Positions 51,069 through 63,915 of a DNA stretch of 64,000 nucleotides are shown here, piece by piece. The position numbers and the translations under genes are program-made. Each line of letters begins with the position of its first letter. Position 1 is the first letter of the stretch. The notes beneath the pieces are model-generated. The model ran no database searches and had not been told where the DNA came from. It saw nothing but the letters and a program-made list of their open reading frames with translations. Origin of the DNA: Podarcis liolepis (Eukaryota); NCBI GenBank assembly GCA_965112155.1, contig OZ218103.1; one strand, given 5' to 3'.

Positions 51069-54000
51069 AACTCTTGCTTCGTAGCATTATCTTCATCCTA
51101 GGGACCAGAGACCGGAGGACTTCTGGATGAATCTGCAAGTGCACTTGTCCGCTCAGCTTAACAACTGTAACCATTTTAATTAGTGGCGTTAACCAACTGA
51201 CAGAGAGAGAGAGAGAGAGAGAATGAGAGGTAGATGTTTGGTGAGCGTGAGAGTTTTACATTGTTTGCATTTAAATTAAGACGAGGAAATCTGAAGCAAA
51301 CAAATAGGATGGGCATAACAATGTCTTCTTCAATGCAGTGGCAGCATTAGAAACTAAAATTTATTTGAAACATGACTTTGCACATGTGTGCAGGTGATCA
51401 GTGCCTATATCTCCATGTTCAAGTACATGTGTGTTTGTTTGTAGGCACACAGATGCATGTGGTGCAGCTGCACAGATATCTGTATATATGGTACTCCATA
51501 TGATTGTATGTATGTTTCGTGGGTGTCTGTATTTTTGCATGCACATTCCTGCAGTATATATACACTTGGGTGCATACCCAGGCTAAAGCCCTTTCCAAGT
51601 GGCCTCCTCATTGCTGATAAGCCATCTCGTTTATATCCAACAGTGTCCAAAGGTGACTACATTTAACCAATTGGATTGGAAGTAAATGATACACGATTGG
51701 CTCTGTTCCTGGACATCTCACCTTGGAGAGTTTTGGTAGCTTTCTTTGTCACATGCAGAATTGTCTTTAATCCCTGAAGGCTCCATGGGAAACACTCTGA
51801 CCTGCACAAAAGAAAGTAGAGGCTTTTCTTAAAAGATGGCAGCATCCAGTCAAATCAATTAATAAGTGTAAAATGGAATTAACTGGGAACGAGGGAACTT
51901 TTTGCGAGACCTGTGCAGCAATGTTTTTGAAAAGGACCTCTCTCTTTTTTCCTTTTCCAAAACTCAGGTTGCTCTTGATGGGAAGCTTAACCTTGTTCTA
52001 TATACACTGGGCTTCCTGATTGTTGCTGTTTTCTCTAATAAACACCACTTTGTGCCTTTTGATTTAATTATTTTTAGTATCCGCAAAAGGAAAGGTCCTT
52101 TCTGCACAATTGAAAAGCTGTGCTCCCAACTACATTGGGTACCTAGCATCATAATCACACAGGTTTCTTTAATGTTTATATCACACCTTCCAACTTTTGG
52201 CTGTAAAAACTGTGCCCTTCACAACTGTGCACTAATATTTCCATATTCTGTCACACCCATGCCACACAGTCCTAAACACATTTATTCAGACATTACAGTT
52301 GTGTCTCTCTGTTCCATGACTGCAGCCTTCATGAATATGGATCATAGATTTGCTGCACGGTATAATCATGGTGCTGTTCACAACTTTTCGTTTGCTGCAT
52401 GAGCATTTCTGCACTGGCTTAGCACAGAAATAGTTAAAAAAAAACAGCAGTAGACAAGCACTGAAAGAGCACCTCAGTATTGTAGTTGCACAGCTGATGA
52501 GGACACTGAACCATTTTTTAAATTACATTTAAAGAAAATGTTCCCAGTATTTTGCAGACATGGAGTGGAGCAGGTGGGCACTGGGTCACTTGGCATTAAT
52601 GAGCTTTCAGACAACAATCAGTTGGTTCCATGAAGCAGTTATGCTGAGAAGCTACAAGGAAGTTGTTTGAACTCTGTGCAACAAACTGATAATAACTGTG
52701 GCAAAAGGATTCTCGCTTGCGCAATGGAACTTCCCCCTTCCCGCCCCATGTGTGTCCCATGTCCTCCCCAAATCTGCTCCAGTTGGGCAGTTGGGGAACC
52801 CCCAGAACAAGCTTAAGGGTGGGAGGGGAAAGGAAGGGGGGGGCCATTGCTCATGTGAGAATCCTTGTGTTGACAGGATATTACTTAGCATTCCAGTGAA
52901 TCCAAGCCTGGACATTTATTTTGCTAAAAAATTGATTGTTTGGAAAGGACTAGAGACAAAAATGAGAAACTCTGGGTGGTTAAAGCACAGCATACTGTGA
53001 GCATCCTTCCATGTCATCTGTAGCACAGTAAGATGTAGCCGCCAAACTAGCCTTTAGAGATTAGTTTTGAAAGTAAATGTCAAATGGTCTATCTTTGCCT
53101 TATCCCTGTTTTAGGAATGAAGGTAGTTGACCCAGACTTATTGCTTGAACAGAGGCTGCTCAGTCTCCTGGGACTATGTGTGCATAGGAGCCACTTTATA
53201 AAGGTGATGCCAGTGAAAAAGCTAGCTTCTCTGGCTAACATGCACTGACCTTTCTGAAAATCCCGTCCCTGGGGTTCTGGCAAACCGAGGGGGGGGGGGT
53301 CAAGATTTTGGAATGAGAGAAGTAGCAATACGACACCCTTTATTTCCACCAATTCTTTCTGAGAATCTGAGGCTGGCTTCCAGCAGGGCACTTCAGTTAG
53401 GTCCTTGTCCTACGTGTGACCAAGTCATGCTATTATTGTCCAAGATGCATTGTGGGTGAAAAAGAACACTGTATGATTGAAATACCTCAGGAGTTAGTTT
53501 ACTGTTTGCCTCTGTGTTTTACATTGTTTCTATTTATTTCTACTAAAAATGTTGCATGGAGAAAAATAATCTGATGGAATTAAACCAGCCAGTCGGTGGG
53601 AAATATTTTATGGTGCAGTCTTGATTCATCACAATCACTGGGGCCTTGAGCTGCATCCTTGGAATATTTATATATATGGAGCCCATTTCTGGCAAGCTGC
53701 CATTTTAAGAGTCAGAACTCTGTTATTTTGTCCTTTTTAATATTCAGTTCTTTTGTTTTGTTTCATGTGAGAGTAGGCCTTCAAAAAGAACAGGTTAGTG
53801 AAAGAGCATGTGTTTTCTAAAATGCTATGTACCTCATGAGCCTTTGTTCCATCAAAATTTCTTCAAAGGTTTGAGAACTTAGGGAAAGTGCTGTGTGCAC
53901 CCAAGTGTGTATGTGTGCATATGTGTCAGAGAGAGAGAAACACCAAGTTGTGTGTAACCTTTTCTTCCCATTTCCCCAAACATATGTTCATGTGAACCCC

Positions 54001-57000
54001 ATTTCCCCTAGATTTCAGTTAAACCACTTTATCAGTCTCTACTGCTTGGCCCAGTTCAGATATCTGGACACATGGTAATGCCTTTCACATGTTGGGGGCT
54101 AGGCACAGTCTCAGGAATCCATGCATCATGTGCACAATTCGCCCGACTCACACAAGAGGCCATTTGCTGCAGGCCGCACATGCTCCTAGCGCCCAAGCCC
54201 AGCTCCCAGCTTATGAAAGACACTTCCAAGACCCTGAGAGGCTCAACAAGGTCCCTGTTTTGGCAGTGAAGCAGAATTGTCTGCATCGCACATCATTTTT
54301 ATCTGAGATTTTCAGGTGGGGGTGGTCAGAAATAGCTGGATATACCGTAGTCTGTGTGTGGAGAGGGTGTGCATCATTGCTCTAAAATTGTCATCTAGAT
54401 GAAAATATTTTAAAATGAAGACTTCAGGAATTTCTGCCAATTTTCCATGTGAAATATAAGATTTTGGCAGGGAGAGTAAAGCCCACTATAGCTGTGAGTG
54501 GTATATGTGTCCTTTTATTTATTTCTAAGCATCTCTACTTTGCTCTTCTCTTTGAATAATTAGTATTTCCCTTAGGAGTCAGGTCATCTTCTCCATTGAA
54601 ATGCCCACAAATTCTCAAATGAAGCCAAATGCGGAACAGTCACTAGAGAACAAGAACTTCTGGGCCTTTCCATACACTACCCTATCCTTCCATCTGTGAG
54701 CTCTGCTTTTGTCCCTGCCTCCTCCATTTTCCTTTCTTTTGTCCCTGACAACTCAGGGACAACTTGTGCATTTGGATCCCATTTCAGGAACTAGGAGTGT
54801 TGTCCCAGACCCTGTAATACAACTTTCTACAGTGTTTTCACACTTGTGCTGATCCTTGTCAGCTACCATCCACTCTTTGAAATGCCTTGCCCCCCCCCCA
54901 GTTTTATGCTTCAGGGTCAACCCAGGAAGCCCCTTTTAGCTGAGCCCTATTTTCATTTGCATAGCTGCCTTATACTTATGAGACAAGTGAGCCATTAACC
55001 TAAATGCAGCTTGAAGGAAGAGTTCTACTCTGCTTCATTCTGACTGTCACATTCCTTACTGGCAGAGAGAACTATACCTACTCCCTCTGCTAAATGGAAA
55101 CTATGAATACCAGAGCAAAGTCGTGGGATGGCACCAGTTCAGAAAAGACTCCAAGCTGGCAACTTCTCCACTTTTGTCATTTCTGTGGAATGGCTCTGTC
55201 CTGTGCAGACCTCACCCTTGTCTGCTGAATAGTGCTGATAACTGAGCCGTGGGTTGCAAGCCAAGGGTGGGGATGTGGTATCCACACAGACAGATTGGGC
55301 AGTGCTGTGAAAGTAGAGCAGCAGGGATATACACATGCACACACACACCATTATTTTGAATTAATGGGCACTGCTTGTTCGGCCTCAGAGCAGCAATGAC
55401 ATTCTGGCTTTTGTCTCTTTCATCACCGACTTCATCAGAGTTGCCAAGCTTGGAGAAATCAGTCTTGCTTCCCAAATACCATCTGTTGTTGCTTGGTTGC
55501 TTTTTTTTTTACCTCTAAGTGCCTTCTTGGAAACAGGGCTGGGAGCCAGTTCTGCAAGTAGACCTGTCTTTTTCTTTCTTTTTAATCAAAGTCAGACTTT
55601 ACTCTACTGCTTTCTGGTGAATTTTCACTTCCCTGCATGTCTTTCTATGCATGAAATTGTTACACCAATCCTCAGCTGCTTTCCAGAAATAATAAAATGA
55701 TTAGTTTGGAATTTTAGATCAGAAGAAATGTAGTGGCACCTGGTGCCTATTTTTCTGGATTTATTTTTTGTGTGTGTCCCAGAAAGCAGTATATATTAAG
55801 TCTATTGGTGCCTTTAAAAAGTTCACAGCTGTAGCCTTCCCACCTCACCATGTCAGAAATTATTTACAATTGCATACTGAAGGATATATCGGCAAATACT
55901 GGTGAATTATTATTTAGTTCTATCACTTTCTTAACCTTTGTACTTTTCTAAGGTGTTTACTAATGGTATGCAATCAGGGAGCATGCTGTCAGTCTGTTTT
56001 TGGAAACACGGGTTCCAAACGATTGCCCAGGCTGCAGGCATTGTTTCAACCAAGTTGGCAGCTTGGCACACTCAGATGACCATACCAGGCCTTGATGAGA
56101 GTAGCACAAAGAATCATGAGACAGCTTCTCCCTCACATTTAGTAGACCTACAATAATGTTTACAGTGAACGAGAGCTGTGCCTATTGGTGGTCATTGCTG
56201 TGGCAGGCAGGCGCCACCTTGGGTTCCTGTGGGGAATTTCCCCCTTTCAGTGTGCTGCTACTTCTGTGCCTGAAGCATGATAATATTCTCTTTCAATTTC
56301 CAAGCTCTGATAAGGAGTGCAGTGTCTTTCCTAGGAGGGATTAATGTGAGAAATGTAGGGATCCAGCAGGAACACCAGACAGCAGATAGAGGACACCTTG
56401 GAGCTAGTGTGGTCAGATTCTCCCAAATGTCTTCAGGATATCACTGCTGCTGAGCAAGCAACACTCCCCAAGCTACCAAACACAGCACATGTGGTCTACC
56501 TCAGCACTAGGACTCTGCAGACTCACCAAGCGACGCCGTGCTGCTTTAAGCAAGGGAGGGTGAAAGAACAATTTGAGAGCCCTTTAAAATACATTGAATA
56601 AGCCCCTACTTGGAGGGGAAGCTTTTCTAACCTTTGTCCCTTGTGGAGCCATGGGTACATTATGCATCTAATAGATGCTCTGTCCTCCTGCCTAATGTAA
56701 ATATGGGCATTCTCACTAGCCATGGGAATGACTGTTTACACTGAGTTCGGACCTTTGGTAAGTGGTGTGTCGAAGTGTCTATTGAAGAGTAGCACCTGGC
56801 CACTCCTGGGAACTTGCAGGGATCAAAGCAAGGCCTAAAGACATAGAGCTGCAAAATAGCCATGCCTCCTGTGCTGATACCCCCACTGGAAACACGTGCC
56901 CAGTTTCTAGTGAAATGGATGTGCAAAACTGTTTTTTATTTCCACCTTTTAAAGCCTATGTGTTAAAGTTTATAAGAGACTTCATTAACTCTTCAAATGT

Positions 57001-57250
57001 TAGTAGAAATATAAACATAGTCCTCCTTCGCAGCGTGGTTGATATCTGACAGCATCAGTGCATCAAGTTCCTATCATGGGAAAGCAAGTATGTTCACCAT
57101 CTAGCCATTCCCTCTGGCTGTGAATGTTATTAGCCCTTGTTCTGTTAATGAAACGTGTTCTAGTTTGGCCTGCTTTCTGAATGCATTTTTTATCAGCCTT
57201 TCTCTACTGAAGTTGATGCAGAAATCTAATAAAAATAATCATCTGATATG
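51069..57250 (+). other. TSPAN2: Probable long 3' UTR of TSPAN2
   Basis: No recognisable transposon between the stop codon and 57300. AATAAA at 52037, 55691 and 57228. The end point is inferred. Confidence 0.5.
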
Positions 57251-57275
57251 AAAGTAGTGGTTGTCTCTTTTTGCT
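57228..57275 (+). terminator. Candidate distal polyadenylation signal
   Basis: AATAAA at 57228-57233, followed about 25 nt later by a GT/T-rich element (gtagtggttgtctcttttt). Transposon insertions resume at 57305. Confidence 0.5.
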
Positions 57276-57304
57276 GACCAACATTTTAATGCACATTACA
57301 TGTA

Positions 57305-57530
57305 CAGTGGTACCTCGGGTTACATACGCTTCAGGTTACACACTCCACTAATCCAGAAATAGTGCTTCAGGTTAAGAACTTTGCTTCAGGGTGAGAACAG
57401 AAATCGGGCTCCGGCGGCGCGGGAGCAGTGGGAGGCCCCATTAGCTAAAGTGGTGCTTCAGGTTAAGAACAGTTTCAGGTTAAGAACGGACCTCTGGAAC
57501 GAATTAAGTACTTAACCCGAGGTACCACTG
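57305..57530 (+). mobile_element. Tc1/mariner MITE, family A
   Basis: Perfect 18-bp TIRs and TA TSD. Confidence 0.93.
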
Positions 57531-57662
57531 TATTAGCTTCCTTTCTCAGATATATCTCGGATGGTATGTTGTGAGTGAAACAGACTGGTTTGGGATGTGG
57601 AGGGGGAAAGTCTTTGGCTCCAAAGAACATTTGCACTAACAATGCAATGCATGTGTGCTAGG

Positions 57663-57792
57663 CAGTGCTTTTTTTCCTTTAAAAAATGTTTAGGGGTACT
57701 CTCATTTTCCTACTCATATTGAAATACTGCCCCTCAATGAGGCCAAACTTAGATTCGCAAAATGTTTTTCCCCCCCCCTGAAAAAAGCACTG
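57663..57792 (-). mobile_element. hAT MITE, family C (inverted)
   Basis: Reverse complement of 33033-33160 with a perfect 8-bp TSD GTGCTAGG. Confidence 0.88.
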
Positions 57793-58710
57793 GTGCTAGG
57801 ATATATACTAGTAGCATGTTGAGCCTAGTGAATGATGGGCATGGCATGTTTTGATCCTGTGCATTACACCTCATTCAAGCTGTAGTTCTGCATAAAGCCC
57901 CAATGAACTTAATAGCATATCCAAGTAGACGTGCATAGGATTCTGCTTTTACTCTCATTTGCCATTTCAATATTTGGTTGCTCTCCTGCAAATCCAAAAT
58001 ACATAGACAACTTGTGGCTCTTTCTTGTAATGCAGTATTGGCTGTGGTGGAGGGTTACTGCTTTTATCTTTGTGCTGCAGACTTCACTGACTGTGTAGTT
58101 TTGCTTCACTGACTACCCATTTTCTTAGTATCAATTAGGGAAGGTTTTCCCCAAAAAACACATATCATGGAACGAGTTCTTCAGGAAGCCAAGCTAGCTG
58201 CCTCTTGTTTCTTACAAAGTCCTTTTTCAGATGACTGGTATGTTGTGGTATATGATATTACAAATATACCATGGAAAGGGCACTTGCAGAGCAAGGAAAA
58301 TGCAAGGAAAACAGTTTGAGAGAGCTGTGGTACATATTTATATAGGTGTCAAAATGGCTGCTGGTGGTTTTTTGCCTGTTTAATATTGCAGTCTTATATA
58401 TGCTTACTCGTAAGTTAGTCCCATTGAGTGCAGTGGAACCTACTCTCATGTAAGTGGGTATAGGATTGCAGCCTAAAGTGCTCCATTTTCGTTGGACAGC
58501 CATACCAGCCTCCACTGGTGGAGAAGGAGAGGATGGGCTGGATTGGAACGACTAGACAGAAGAGGTAGGTGGAGGATCCCACCTGAATTAAAAATATGTA
58601 TGTGTGTTCCTTACCTGTGAATTAAGAGGCTTGGCTGTGAGAGATGTAGTTCAAAACTGTATCAAATCAGCTAGTATGAGCCTCAAGAGCACAGATATCA
58701 AGAAGAGATG

Positions 58711-59185
58711 CCTGTTTCCCCGAAAGTAAGGCATCCCCCCCAAAATAAGACCTACTTCCAGTTTTGCCTCTCGCTGTAATATAAGGCATCTCCCGAAAAT
58801 AAGACCTCTCTGATAATAAGGCCTCCCCCCGAACATGAGGCCCCCCCAGAATATAAGGCCCCCGAAGCTACCATAAGGCATCTGACTCCTCTGGACCGTA
58901 GCGGCGGGCGCCGCTGCAGAGCTCACTGATTGGCCGCAGCACAGCCAGAGCTGTTCAGGCAGTGCAAGGTCTCTATAAATCAGAGAGACTGCGCCACGGC
59001 CATGACAAGCTGCCACCTGCTGCTCGCTCTACCCTGACGGAGTCTGGCTGACTCACAATTAGACAATAAATGTGTACCGTATTCTTCTTCATGGAAAAAT
59101 AAGATATCCCCTGAAAATAAGACCTAGCGCATTTTTGGGAGCAAAAATTAATATAAGACAATGTCTTATTTTCGGGGAAACAGGG
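58711..59185. mobile_element. pogo/Tigger-like non-autonomous DNA transposon
   Basis: TIR CCTGTTTCCCCGAAAGTAAG...CTTATTTTCGGGGAAACAGGG followed by TA. Multiple subterminal AATAAGRC repeats. Confidence 0.8.
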
Positions 59186-59545
59186 TATTTCCAAGCTCTT
59201 ACAGTGTTTAAATCAGGTGTGAGGAACCTCGCTAAACAACTCCCATCAGCTCCAGCAAGCTGCAAAAGAAGAAGGCATAAACAAAGGGTGAGGGATCTCC
59301 ATTTGGCCCTCTGAACTCTTCCCCTTGTAACCTGCTTCTCAGCAACACCCTCTCTCCCCCCAGCCACACCTTTCACTAACCTTACCTGTCCCGGAATGGC
59401 TGGAATGTATTGCTGAACACTGATAATGCCTCTTGCTTGCCTGGATGGAAGATGGAGCAGATATGTGTGTTTAAAACTGAACTACTGTGCAAAGGTAGCA
59501 TTTATCTTTGTTGCACCACCCACTTTTACCTGGGGCCCTGCCCAC

Positions 59546-60043
59546 CATAGGCGCCGACTCCATGGGGCCTGAGGGGGCCCGAGCCCCCTCAAAAATTCGT
59601 TTGGGGGGGCTCCGCCCCCCCAATAATTTAAGAAAATTATTAGGCACCTTGCCAAAAACCGCGCAGGGGACTCCGGCGCGCGCCTCCCAAAGTGACCGGG
59701 AGCTCCTGAGAAGGGGTAGGCAGGTCGGTCAGTCAGAGGAAGACCCCCAGCGACGGGACTTTAGAAAGGAATGGAGCCGCGGGGCCGAGGAACGGCGTAT
59801 TCGTCGCCGGCGAGGGACCGGGGTGAGGGGAGAATGGAGGGGACGGGAGTTCCCGCCGCCGGAGCGGGGCTTTTTTTCTGGGTTCGGCTAAGGTGACGTT
59901 GGTAGGAGGGGGTGGCCGCCTCCCGGCGCGAAGCCTGGGGAGGGCAGGCCGGTTCTTGCATGCAAAAGCACCACTGCCATCCTGCCGCCAGTATGGACCC
60001 CGGTATGGGCCCCCCCAATATTTTTTATAAGTCGGCGCCCCTG
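59546..60043. mobile_element. Young hAT element with CpG-rich interior, nested in an older hAT element (about 59214-60126)
   Basis: TIR CATAGGCGCCGACT...AGTCGGCGCCCCTG with a perfect 8-bp TSD CTGCCCAC (59538-45, 60044-51). Confidence 0.88.
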
Positions 60044-60970
60044 CTGCCCACCACTGGCATGTGGCCCCCAAAAGGTTGCCCAAAAAGAAATGTGGCCTTT
60101 GGTCTGAAAAACTTTCCCCACATCTGGTGCAAACTATGGATTTTATCATGCATGCTTTTTCTCTCATTGACCTTAGCAGCATTCAAGGCTTATGCACCAG
60201 TGTACCAAACTGCAGCCAGTAAGAGTAACTGAGCAGTAGGAATAAACTTGCACACAACCACAGCAAGTTTTCAAGGGGGTGGGGGGGAGAACACTTTTGA
60301 CACAATTTTATTGATAGACCATCTGCAGATTTTCCTGGAATAGAGGCATACACAATAATTGAAAACGATGTTCCTTTTTGCACTGCTGCTAAAGGTACAA
60401 GAGCCCCAATAGAGGCTGAGGAAAGGGGAGAAAGCCAGGGAAAAATGGAACATTATATGTAAGCCATCCCTTTCTCATTTCTCCCTCAGGCAGTACAGAG
60501 TATCAAATAACGCTGAACTGAAGCTGGTCTTGCACTGAGGTATCTGGGCTTGTGCTGAGATGAGCAACTGCCTGCCCCGCAAACCATGTTCCTGAGAAGT
60601 TTCACATTACTTCTCCTGGAGAGCCCTATAGCTTTCTCTGCTGCCAAGATACAGCAGGCAGGCATCAGTGGTTTTAAAGCAGGTTTGGGGAACCTTCGAC
60701 TCTCCAGATGTTGCAAAACCACACCTCTCATCCGTCTCAGCAAGCATGGCCAAGGGCTGAGGGTGACGGGAGGTGTGGTTCAGCAAAATTGGGAAGGCCA
60801 AAAGTTCCCCTCACATGTTCTAAACAGAGATGTAACATAACTATTTATCTGAAAAGTGGCCCTTTTCTTTTATCCTAGATGTAGGCTGACAAGGTGAAAA
60901 AAAAGCAGAGCTACACCGACCCCCAAAAGACACACACATAAATCTTGCTTTAAGAGCCATCCATGAAACT

Positions 60971-61010
<40 letters not shown>

Positions 61011-61040
61011 TTTATTTATTGAATTGAATTGAATTGAATT
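60971..61040. repeat. Compound microsatellite (CTTA)n-(TTTA)n-(GAATT)n
   Basis: Seen directly, immediately upstream of the Sauria SINE. Confidence 0.9.
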
Positions 61041-61064
61041 TATATACTACCCTATACCCAATAT

Positions 61065-61306
61065 CTCCTGCCAACCTAGCAGTTCGAAAGCACGTCAAAT
61101 GCAAGTAGATAAATAGGTACCGCTCTGGCGGGAAGGTAAACGATGTTTCCATGCGCTGCTCTGGTTCGCCAGAAGCGGCTTAGTCATGCTGGCCACATGA
61201 CCCAGAAGCTGTACGCTGGCTCCCTCAGCCAATAAAGCGAGATGAGCGCCGCAACCCCAGAGTCAGCCACGACTGGACCTAATGGTCAGGGGTCCCTTTA
61301 CCTTTA
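61065..61306 (+). mobile_element. Sauria SINE, 5'-truncated
   Basis: Recognised core CCAACCTAGCAGTTCGAAAGCA...GCAAGTAGATAAATAGGTACC...GCTGGCCACATGACC with an (ACCTTT)n tail. Confidence 0.88.
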
Positions 61307-61649
61307 TACCCTATATATAAATTCTTGCCTGCATCGGTGCACTGGCTCAAGTGGGGTGCCTTCTCCTCTTACATTTTTACGGTAACCCATCCAATACCTT
61401 CAGCAGAAACTATTCCCAAAATATTGGCAGGTAGGTTGCAGCAACATTGGACAAAGGAGTGCACAAGAAAGCAGGAATTCATGTGGACTTGTAGCAGCCC
61501 GTTCAAACGGCTCTGTTGGTTCCGAGATCATGGCAGCTAGCCTTGTTGCCAGCCACCTGCAGAATGAAGCTTTTGATTGATTGCTCACCAATCAAAACAC
61601 ACACAAGCTGCCCCTTTAAAATATGCTCCAGGCTGAGGACCTGGAAGAG

Positions 61650-62060
61650 CGGAGCTGCGAGTGCAGAAGGAAGGAGTGGAGCGCTGAAAGGAAGGAGATT
61701 AACGGTGAACAGGCTGCCAATGTGACCCATATAGAGTATTTTGAGCAGCGCGCCTTTCTGACGGCGACTGAGCGGGACGGGGGGAAGCGAGCGAGCCCAG
61801 CCTCTTCCTACCATTGGGTGGGTTGCGGCAGCTCTGGCCAATCGCAGCGCGCCTTCTGTAGAGGCGGGAGACGCACAGCCGGCTGAGCAGCGGCGGCGGC
61901 TGTTCTTTCCTACCTGTCTGTCAATGGAGCGGCGGCTCTTCTCGCGGCGGCTGGGTGAGTAAATGCGTAGAATTTGAAACCGAGAGACGTTGGCCGTCAG
62001 TTGACCCGAGGGGAGGGACAGCTCGTGTTGCCTGGTCACCGCTCCGTTGCCATTTGATTT
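61650..62060 (+). promoter_or_regulatory. CpG-island promoter and first exon of an unidentified downstream gene
   Basis: CpG-dense, with no TIRs or TSD. ATTGG near 61813, CCAAT near 61838, GC-box-like GAGGCGGGA at 61861, GCG runs, and a consensus donor CTGG|GTGAGT at 61954/61955. Confidence 0.7.
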
Positions 62061-62162
62061 CAAATACCGACCCCCTCCTTGGCATGGCATATAAGGGCTA
62101 AGAATATTCATGGCCAAGGGTGGCTCCTTGAGATAAATGGTACTGAGGGGCAGGGATATGGA

Positions 62163-62635
62163 CAGGGCCGGGTTTAGGTTTGATGAGGCCCTAAGCTCCT
62201 GAAGGTAATGGGGCCCTTTATATGTCCAGCTGTCCTTTGTCAACAACAAATTGTCACAGTTTTTTGTGTTGAATATCTGCTAAACAGTACGGTAATTTAT
62301 GGACCAATTGCTCATAACAAAATATATATTTTATCGAAGTAATTGTTGAACTGAAAAACAATTAAGAAGTATATTAATAGTGAAATAATTATTAAGCTCT
62401 AACTTAAAATGATTTTTATTCATAACAAAATGCAAACACATTGGCATTTGGAAATGACAAAAGTTCCTTTAGATACCCAGTTTACAAAGACTCATCTATT
62501 TTAGTTGTTTTTTATCTTATATTTTGGAAATGTACATCCAAGTTTTGTTTTTTCTTTAATTTTTTTGGGGGGGTTGGCCAAGAAAGTGCAGCCCTAAGCT
62601 ATAGCTTGTTTAGCTTATACGTAAATCCGGCACTG
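62163..62635. mobile_element. Non-autonomous hAT element with AT-rich interior
   Basis: CAGGGCCGGGTTTA...TAAATCCGGCACTG. TSD GATATGGA/GATATGGG. GCCCTAAGC repeated near both ends. Confidence 0.85.
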
Positions 62636-63687
62636 GATATGGGTACGTGTATTTGTGTTAAAATGCCCTTTTCTAGAGCTCCTGTGTCTCGCTGAACTAC
62701 TGGCTGACAGGTGGAAAAAAAGGTGTTCCTCATGCTGCATTGATAAAGCTGCACTAAACACAATTTTTATGTCTGCTGTGCAGCTGTGAAAAGGGGGGGG
62801 GGATTATGGCGCCCTTTCTTGAAGCCTGTTATCTGTTTGTCAGCGAGAGGGTGATAGCCACCCACATAATTTCCAAGAGGGTGAGCTGTTCTAAGTCCGT
62901 TGGCAGCAAAAATAAGGAAGGGGTGGCTCCTTAAAACCACCTCATTTATTATAGCTTAAGTTTTTGTGGGGTATAGTCCATCAGAGGCATGGTGTTTGTG
63001 AAATGGCACTCTTACCTACCCACCGCCAGGGGATGAGAAAAGTGGGGAGAAGCAACATAACCACTAGCCCTGCCCCACCCCATGTACGTTCTGTGCAGAC
63101 CTCTCCCCACCCAACCTCACCTTCTCTGCTTGGGAAAATAAGAGGAATCAACCACAAAAGGGTAGTGGGGCTGGTACCACTTTTTGTTTTTTGTTTTTGC
63201 AAATAATATTAAACTTGACAACACAAACATCCTGCCATTGCTTTCCCCTGCATGCCTGTAGTTGAGCCTTTAGTTATTTGATGTTCCCAGAATGGCTTGC
63301 ATAAAAGCAGGTGGATAAGTAAAACAATAAAAGCAGAACAGTTGAGCACAATTAAGACCCTACTGTGGGACTTACTCCAAAGTAAGTGAGTATACGACTG
63401 CAATTTAAATGCCTCCCCTTTAAATCCAGATTGGAAAAGCCTGGAGGATGTAGAAAGTATCAACTTTTGTCAAAAAGAAAAGGATACAGAAATGTGACAA
63501 ATGCAGCCTGTCATGACGGTTTAATGATGGAGAGTGCTTTATGTGTATAATTGTTGCCAGGGCATGGAGCTGTTAAAAGGCCCAGGAGACCTGCCAGAAA
63601 AAAGCTGTAATCTTAGAACGGCATGCAGAGTATATGGACTAGAATTACCAGGAGCGTTTTGTAGGACGCAGGTTGAGAGAGCCAGTA

Positions 63688-63915
63688 CAGTGGTACCTCG
63701 GGTTACATACGCTTCAGGTTACAGACTCCCCTAACCCAGAAATAGTACTGAAATAGTTAAGAACTTTGCTTCAGGATGACAACAGAAATCGTGCTCTGGC
63801 GGTGCAGTAGCAGCAGGAGGCCCCATTAGCTAAAGTGGTGCTTCAGGTTAAGAACAGTTTCAGGTTAAGAACGGACCTCTGGAACGAATTAAGTACTTAA
63901 CCCGAGGTACCACCG
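63688..63915 (+). mobile_element. Tc1/mariner MITE, family A
   Basis: TIRs with one mismatch and TA TSD. Confidence 0.92.

Noticed and set aside
58735-58880. Regularly spaced short repeats resembling a CRISPR array
   Set aside because: These are subterminal repeats of a pogo-like transposon in vertebrate DNA. There are no unique spacers or cas genes.
61503-62249. 248-aa minus-strand ORF
   Set aside because: No recognisable domain and a non-ATG start. It crosses a CpG island and begins in a hAT element.
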